From a virus, in IMG/VR virus record IMGVR_UViG_3300005747_000012, positions 1 to 64,000 of that record: DNA of 64,000 nucleotides. One strand, written 5' to 3'. This document shows positions 58,882-64,000 of the stretch, one piece after another. Every line of letters begins with the position of its first letter. Within the stretch, counting starts at the first letter, position 1. The translations under genes were made by a program, and so were the position numbers. The notes under the pieces are model-generated. The model did no database searches, was not told the origin of the DNA, and worked only from the letters and a program-made list of their open reading frames with translations.

Positions 58882-59401
58882 TACTTTCTTCCTCTTTTTC
58901 TTTTTCTTCTTTTTCTTCTTTTTCTTCTTTTAAAACTTCCTCTAGGCTTTTTTCTAACCATTCAACAACAAAATCTTTTTTAATACTGTAAATTTCATTT
59001 TCTAGCTGTTCTAATTCAAAATCAAATAGTCTAAATTTTTCAGCAATTTCTACTTTTCTTTTTTTTGAGTATTCTTCCAAAGCATTTTTAAACTCTTGTT
59101 CTTTTAAATGAGCATTTACAAATTCTTTTTTTACATAAGTTTGAAAACTTGACGACCAACAGCACTCTTTGCATACATGCACTTCCTGCCCCATTATTGG
59201 CATTTTTACCCATGTGTGAGGGCCTATGCATTTTTGCGCTTCCAAATTATCCCTGTTTTGTTTTATTTTTTTTACATATTTTATTTGCTGCCATAAACCT
59301 CTAACAACAAATACAAAGAAAAATGGCACTGCTAAAACAAAAACAATGTCAAACCAAGCCATTTTGGATATATAGTCAATCAGTGCTATTTTCATCTCCA
59401 T
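58874..59401 (-). CDS. Membrane-anchored hypothetical protein with Cys/His cluster
   Basis: N-terminal TM; C..PH.W...VCKEC. Confidence 0.6.
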   Translation of the reverse strand: MEMKIALIDYISKMAWFDIVFVLAVPFFFVFVVRGLWQQIKYVKKIKQNRDNLEAQKCIGPHTWVKMPIMGQEVHVCKECCWSSSFQTYVKKEFVNAHLKEQEFKNALEEYSKKRKVEIAEKFRLFDFELEQLENEIYSIKKDFVVEWLEKSLEEVLKEEKEEKEEKEKEEESNE

Positions 59402-59472
59402 TTTTATTTTCCTTATCTTCTTTTTTAGCCGGGCACCAAGAATTGCCGCAAGCTACATCGCAAAAATCGCAT

Positions 59473-60198
59473 TTACTCATCTTTAGGCCTTTCTATTTCA
59501 TCTATCAAGTTTAATTTTAAAGCCATTTCAGCATCAATAAATGTGTCAAAATTAAGCATTAACTCAAGTTTTTCTCTATTAATATCAATCATTTTTCTTT
59601 TTGAACTTGAATGCAATTTGGATATCTCTTTGTCTTTACCAATTAAGTGCAAATACTCTTCTTGAGTAATTTTATTATCTTCAATTTTTTCTAGAAATAC
59701 ATCTTCCATCAATTTATTTATTTTATCGCCTTCAAGCGCATATTTTTGAAATGTCTTTGAATGAGTATCCCCACCATCATACCCATAATGAATCATAATT
59801 CGTGAATTTGGAGTCATTACACGATAGTCAGCCGCCTGCAAAATCCAAGAACCCATGCTCATAGCGTGACCATAAACTTTTATGGTTATATGATTTTTAC
59901 AGTTTCTAATAGCATCATATATAGCAAGCCCATGGTACACCTCTCCACCCGGATTATTCATAATAATTGTAATTGGCTTGTTTCCTTTTCGTGATTCAGC
60001 ATCTTGATTATCTAAAATATGAAGAGTTTTAATCATTTGTTCAGCCATCATGTGATCTACACCACTTTCACAACCTTCATCATCAGTACTGGCACTTCCC
60101 ATATAAATAGTTCTGGTAGGAAGGTAGATGTCATTTTCCATAAATTGGTCAACATCATCTTTTTTAAACTTGTGATATGTGTCATTACTCATTATCAC
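59473..60198 (-). CDS. clpP: ClpP-family serine protease
   Basis: RTIYM, NNPGGEV..GLAIYDAI, AMSMGS (Ser), RIMIH (His) and FDTFIDAEMAL..NLIDEI (Asp). Confidence 0.9.
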   Translation of the reverse strand: MIMSNDTYHKFKKDDVDQFMENDIYLPTRTIYMGSASTDDEGCESGVDHMMAEQMIKTLHILDNQDAESRKGNKPITIIMNNPGGEVYHGLAIYDAIRNCKNHITIKVYGHAMSMGSWILQAADYRVMTPNSRIMIHYGYDGGDTHSKTFQKYALEGDKINKLMEDVFLEKIEDNKITQEEYLHLIGKDKEISKLHSSSKRKMIDINREKLELMLNFDTFIDAEMALKLNLIDEIERPKDE

Positions 60199-61081
60199 TC
60201 CTTACACTAACTTTATCGGCAAAATTCCATCCATTTGTTATTGCTTCTAACCACTCTTTTTGATTAAAATCTGGCTGTTCTTCATAATATCTACCAAGAA
60301 ATGAAATTGATTCATCAAGACCCATACCGTTAATTGCAAACTCACATCCAATTGACATCCATTTTTGATTTCTTGAACCTTCTGAATTGTGAACACCTTC
60401 TACCAAAGCTTTTTTAGCCCATTCTCCTACGCCTTTAATATTAAAACTGCCTGTATTTCTAGGTTTCATTTGCATTACTTTTGGTGCTTTATCAGGGTAT
60501 TTATTAAGCCACTTTCCAAGTTTATCAATATTAATTCTGGAACCCATTTCAACTATTCTTTGCTCTTTTCCTGTTTCTGGCCTAATGACACTTGGAAATC
60601 TTACCGAACGTGATGGGTTTTTCGTGTATGGATCGGCTTTGTCAAGAATATTTAAAATCCACTGCGCTGTATGTTTATAAATTGTTTCGCTAGGAATGTC
60701 AGATTCAAGCACTAATGCAAAGTGTAAAGATTTACTTCCAGAAAAACAACAGTATGAATATGGAAAGCCCATATCTTTTATATATTTATATTGTTCTTCC
60801 AATGACATATCATCACACTCTACTAAAAATGTACGATAGGCCGTGGCGTTTTCATCTCTTCTCCACCCATTAATTGGGTTAATTGCCACTAATCTAACAG
60901 CTTCTTCTTTTATAAATCTATTTTTTTTATCTTCTTTTGGTGAAACAAGCTTGATATCACCTTCAAATTCTTCTTGGGATATGCTGTGATAACCACCCTG
61001 ACAGTCTGATACGCAAATTGTCTCACCTTCATTAAAAAATAAATTTAAAAAATTTTTAGTTGTTTCCTTCATTTCTTCCAT
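60185..61081 (-). CDS. Primase (AEP/RepB-like with PriCT-like C-terminus)
   Basis: FLVECDD, FSGSKSLH, NPSRSVRFP and EGSRNQ motifs; adjacent to the helicase. Confidence 0.8.
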   Translation of the reverse strand: MEEMKETTKNFLNLFFNEGETICVSDCQGGYHSISQEEFEGDIKLVSPKEDKKNRFIKEEAVRLVAINPINGWRRDENATAYRTFLVECDDMSLEEQYKYIKDMGFPYSYCCFSGSKSLHFALVLESDIPSETIYKHTAQWILNILDKADPYTKNPSRSVRFPSVIRPETGKEQRIVEMGSRINIDKLGKWLNKYPDKAPKVMQMKPRNTGSFNIKGVGEWAKKALVEGVHNSEGSRNQKWMSIGCEFAINGMGLDESISFLGRYYEEQPDFNQKEWLEAITNGWNFADKVSVRSDNE

Positions 61082-62231
61082 TAAAAATATTTTTAAGTTC
61101 TTCTTTGCTTTGTTCGTTGCTTTCTCTAGTTACTTTTGAGGCGGTAACTTTGGCATCAAATTCAGGACTCCACTCAACAAATTTTTGCATTTTTTTATCA
61201 AATGGTAAATGATGTTTTCTTTGCAAATCTCCGTGGCTAAACCGAACTTTGTGCGCCCAAAAATAAGAGCAACTATTATCAAAATCTTTTACAAGCTCAA
61301 TAATATCGGTAGCATAAATAATTATACCTTTACCACCTTTCCACCTGTACATTACATGATTGTTTTCAAAATCTAACGCACCTTTATCTTCAACTTTTTT
61401 CTCACTTCTAATACCTTCACATTGAGCCATTGCAATAATAGGAAATGGCGCAGTATCTTTAAAAATATTAAGCTCAGAAGCTAACCTGTTGTTAACATGC
61501 CAAGGGTCAATATTTCCAAACTCACTCATGTTTACATTGGTATAATAATCAAGAATTACTGCGTCAAAATTACCCTTGGCTTTTTCAAGTGTTGCCATAA
61601 CACCATCAACTGTTGTTACTTTATAGGCATCAACTTCATTTTTTGGAGAAATAACAACAAGATTGCCGTTATTTGCCAAAAGTTCTCCGTCCAACAAAAC
61701 CTTTTCAATTTCTTCATGAGTACATTTGCTTGTTTTATAATCACCAAAAGATACATTGGTTCTAAGACATGAAATTCTTGCTCTAACGTCTTCCTCTTTT
61801 TCTTCATTTGACAAAATAAGAACACGCTTATTTTCATTTACCAATGCTTCAGCAAGGTGAGCTGTCATGGTGGATTTACCATTGTTTGTCATTGAAGGGA
61901 TGACCATCAAAGAGCCGGGTGCTGCAACAAAATCTTTAGACACTATTTCGTTAAAAAATGTGACGGCATTTTTACGATCTTCAAGCTCTTTTAACATAGA
62001 TTCACGATTAAATCCACGTTTAGTTAAGTCCTCTTTTTCAAGACTATCTTGAATGTTAGACATTTTTTCGTATTGTTTTTGTTGAACTTTTAGTTTTTTA
62101 TTATATATAAAAGCATTTATACGCTTATTTTCTTGAATAAGCTTTTCTGTTTCGACATTTTGCTCATACTCTTGACGTATAATTTTGTCGTACTCTTCAT
62201 GCTCTTTTTTGTTTGTGTTATTGTCAGACAT
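61056..62231 (-). CDS. DnaB-like (SF4) replicative helicase
   Basis: Walker A SMTNNGKST, ILSNEE, Walker B VILDY, AMAQ and KVRF motifs. Confidence 0.8.
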   Translation of the reverse strand: MSDNNTNKKEHEEYDKIIRQEYEQNVETEKLIQENKRINAFIYNKKLKVQQKQYEKMSNIQDSLEKEDLTKRGFNRESMLKELEDRKNAVTFFNEIVSKDFVAAPGSLMVIPSMTNNGKSTMTAHLAEALVNENKRVLILSNEEKEEDVRARISCLRTNVSFGDYKTSKCTHEEIEKVLLDGELLANNGNLVVISPKNEVDAYKVTTVDGVMATLEKAKGNFDAVILDYYTNVNMSEFGNIDPWHVNNRLASELNIFKDTAPFPIIAMAQCEGIRSEKKVEDKGALDFENNHVMYRWKGGKGIIIYATDIIELVKDFDNSCSYFWAHKVRFSHGDLQRKHHLPFDKKMQKFVEWSPEFDAKVTASKVTRESNEQSKEELKNIFNGRNEGNN

Positions 62232-62242
62232 ACTTTATAATA

Positions 62243-63028
62243 TCACGCTTTTTTATTGTAATCTTCTATTCCAATAAGAATGTCTTCAGGATTTGCATTG
62301 TAAAGGCATTTTCTTGGGTCAACATCTGTTTCTTCAATATCTTTTTTTGTTAAAAAAGAACCTTTAATGTACACAACCCTAACTATTTGATTTTGTTTAT
62401 TTAAAAAACTTAGTTTACCTTTTGCATTGTTTTCTTTTACTAACTTTTTAAAATTAGATTCTGTAATTTTTTTGTAACCATAAACTTCAGGATAACTATA
62501 TAGCTCTCTATCAGTAGGGTTTCTTCGGGGATCACCAATGTAAAATTTTTTAATTGATTTTGTACCTCTAATGTTTGTATTTTTATTTTTGCAAAATTTA
62601 GCTACTTCTTGAAGCCTTTGGTTTAAAAATTTAGATAGATTGTAACATTCTTTTAAAAACACATCTTTTTCTTTTGGCTCAGAATTTTCACTATATTTTT
62701 TCTTGTGTTGTTTTCTGAACTTTTCCATTTTGTCAGGGTTTTCATAAAGGCCGTCCATGGAAATAAAAGATACGGTGTTTACACGCCCTACATTTCTAAG
62801 GTCTTCCATTTCAAAACCTACTATTTTAAATACCTCAATATTTCTTAAATAAATTTTGTCTGAAATATTACAGATCATTTTTTCAAATTTAGCCAATCTT
62901 TTAGGTTTTGGATTGGTTGACTTTCTAAAATATCTATGTCTCATATAGATAAGTTCAAAATGGTCACTTGTATTTAACTTGATTTCATCTAGTTCTGGAT
63001 TGTCTAGCTGTCTTATTAATTTAGTCAT
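62243..63028 (-). CDS. Hypothetical basic protein, weakly sigma-factor region 2-like
   Basis: FEMEDLRNVGRV...LSKFLNQRL; similarity judged by eye only. Confidence 0.45.
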   Translation of the reverse strand: MTKLIRQLDNPELDEIKLNTSDHFELIYMRHRYFRKSTNPKPKRLAKFEKMICNISDKIYLRNIEVFKIVGFEMEDLRNVGRVNTVSFISMDGLYENPDKMEKFRKQHKKKYSENSEPKEKDVFLKECYNLSKFLNQRLQEVAKFCKNKNTNIRGTKSIKKFYIGDPRRNPTDRELYSYPEVYGYKKITESNFKKLVKENNAKGKLSFLNKQNQIVRVVYIKGSFLTKKDIEETDVDPRKCLYNANPEDILIGIEDYNKKA

Positions 63029-63047
63029 TAGTTTTTCCTTTTTTTAA

Positions 63048-63283
63048 TGGTCGTTTATCAGGGATTCAAACCCTGTCTATAAGTCACCGGCCTATTCTGA
63101 CTACATGACCATGGTGCGGCTTCGGGTTTCTCACTACCCTCCAAGCTAGGCGAATTTAAAGAGTCTAAACCCACATCCTCTTTTGGTCTCTCCCTCAACA
63201 GCTTAGAGACTTTCCTAGTGTTCAAGTTGGCACACGCTCTAAAAGCCAAGTTGGTGTTTATATAGCGTCCCGTACATAACGCT
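63048..63283 (-). ncRNA. Candidate structured ncRNA with tRNA-like 3' domain
   Basis: GC-richer intergenic block with several nested stems, ending CAGGG-TTTGAAT-CCCTG...GACCA. Confidence 0.55.
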
Positions 63284-63290
63284 TTATTGT

Positions 63291-63539
63291 TTAAGAATAT
63301 TTTATTTTTGAATATTCCAAATCAAATTCTTCAAATTTATCAAGCATACCTACAATATCATTTTTTGTATAACCTTCTTCAATAAGATTAAAAAGTGCTC
63401 TTATATGCAAATTTAAATCCATATGATCGTGAAAATCTACATTTTCTTCTTTAGTCAAAGGCTCATTTTTTTTAAGCTTTCCATCAATTTGTATTTGAGC
63501 TTTGGTTAATCTAACAAAATCATCTACAAGTTTTGACAT
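63291..63539 (-). CDS. Hypothetical protein
   Basis: AAGGAG RBS. Confidence 0.65.
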   Translation of the reverse strand: MSKLVDDFVRLTKAQIQIDGKLKKNEPLTKEENVDFHDHMDLNLHIRALFNLIEEGYTKNDIVGMLDKFEEFDLEYSKIKYS

Positions 63540-63549
63540 ATTTTTCTCC

Positions 63550-64000
63550 TTATTGATCCATCATTTTAACTTGATCTAAAATGCGCTCACCCAAGTAGGG
63601 GTCTTCTTTAATGGCTTGAGCCATTGCATTTTTACCATTATATGTCTCGCCTTCGTATGTATAAGTTCTATTATTAGGCCTATCAATTACGCCGGTATTT
63701 ACACCCAGCTCAAAAATTTCCTCATGCTGATTTATAAAACCTCTTTTGTAATCTAAAGTAACCTTGGCAGTTCGACCAGCTTGACCAACTGAATTCTGTT
63801 CCATTTTAACATAAATTTTATGTCCTGTCACGGCTTTGTTCCCTCTAGCATCCTTAATATTTCCTTCAAAAGAATTGCCAGCTAGGTCTTTTTTGTCATC
63901 AGCAGAACCAGCACGTTTTACAGATAGAAAAAACTCATGATTGTGTTCACAAGCTTTTGGAACTGCGGCCTTAGTGTCTGGCCCATACATAGCTCCAATA
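63550..64000 (-). CDS. RecA/UvsX-like recombinase, 3' part (runs off the window)
   Basis: YGPDTK, GHKIYVKMEQNSVG...RTAKVTLDYKRGF and ELGVNTGVID...YTY.G..YNGK match the RecA C-terminal layout. Confidence 0.8.
   Translation of the reverse strand, partial: IGAMYGPDTKAAVPKACEHNHEFFLSVKRAGSADDKKDLAGNSFEGNIKDARGNKAVTGHKIYVKMEQNSVGQAGRTAKVTLDYKRGFINQHEEIFELGVNTGVIDRPNNRTYTYEGETYNGKNAMAQAIKEDPYLGERILDQVKMMDQ

Noticed and set aside
19705-62052. Many short antisense or alternate-frame ORFs inside long genes (e.g. 39846-40385, 55206-55637)
   Set aside because: Shadow ORFs with no RBS or recognisable motifs
63048-63283. RNase P RNA or tmRNA
   Set aside because: AGGAAAGTC and CAGAA..GACTTAT echo RNase P motifs, but I could not build P1/P2 or the other conserved regions; there is no GGGG 5' end, G3:U70 pair or tag ORF for tmRNA
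1-64000. Genome-wide UGA recoding
   Set aside because: Long genes are intact in code 11, TGA stops often form ATGA overlaps, and the TGA ends I checked did not join in-frame downstream ORFs

Overview
This 64-kb window is part of a large, AT-rich, lytic-type myovirus genome; no capsid, portal, terminase or sheath genes are visible in it. Layout: (1) 1-7.5 kb holds small early genes, including a DUF932 protein, an MbcA/ParS-type antitoxin domain, a Fis-like HTH protein and a two-domain beta-clamp homologue. (2) About 7.5-17.4 kb is a host-takeover-like module of tiny, mostly monocistronic genes, including a T3-type SAM lyase. Its intergenic DNA carries 15 perfect sigma54 (-24/-12) consensus boxes and about 19 gene-less sigma70-type promoters, some in convergent pairs, and it is bracketed by helically phased short repeats. 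(3) 19.5-54.9 kb is the contractile tail/baseplate/fibre module with interspersed accessory genes. It ends in a degenerate ClpX and a Leu-type tRNA with a UGA-reading anticodon. (4) 54.9-64 kb is a minus-strand block with YqeY, a DenV-like glycosylase, a PLP aminotransferase, ClpP, primase, helicase, a structured ncRNA candidate and the 3' end of a RecA-like gene. The most novel-looking element is the sigma54-box/empty-promoter array, a candidate RNA-polymerase decoy or roadblock system. All protein family calls come from motif recognition by eye, not from database searches.
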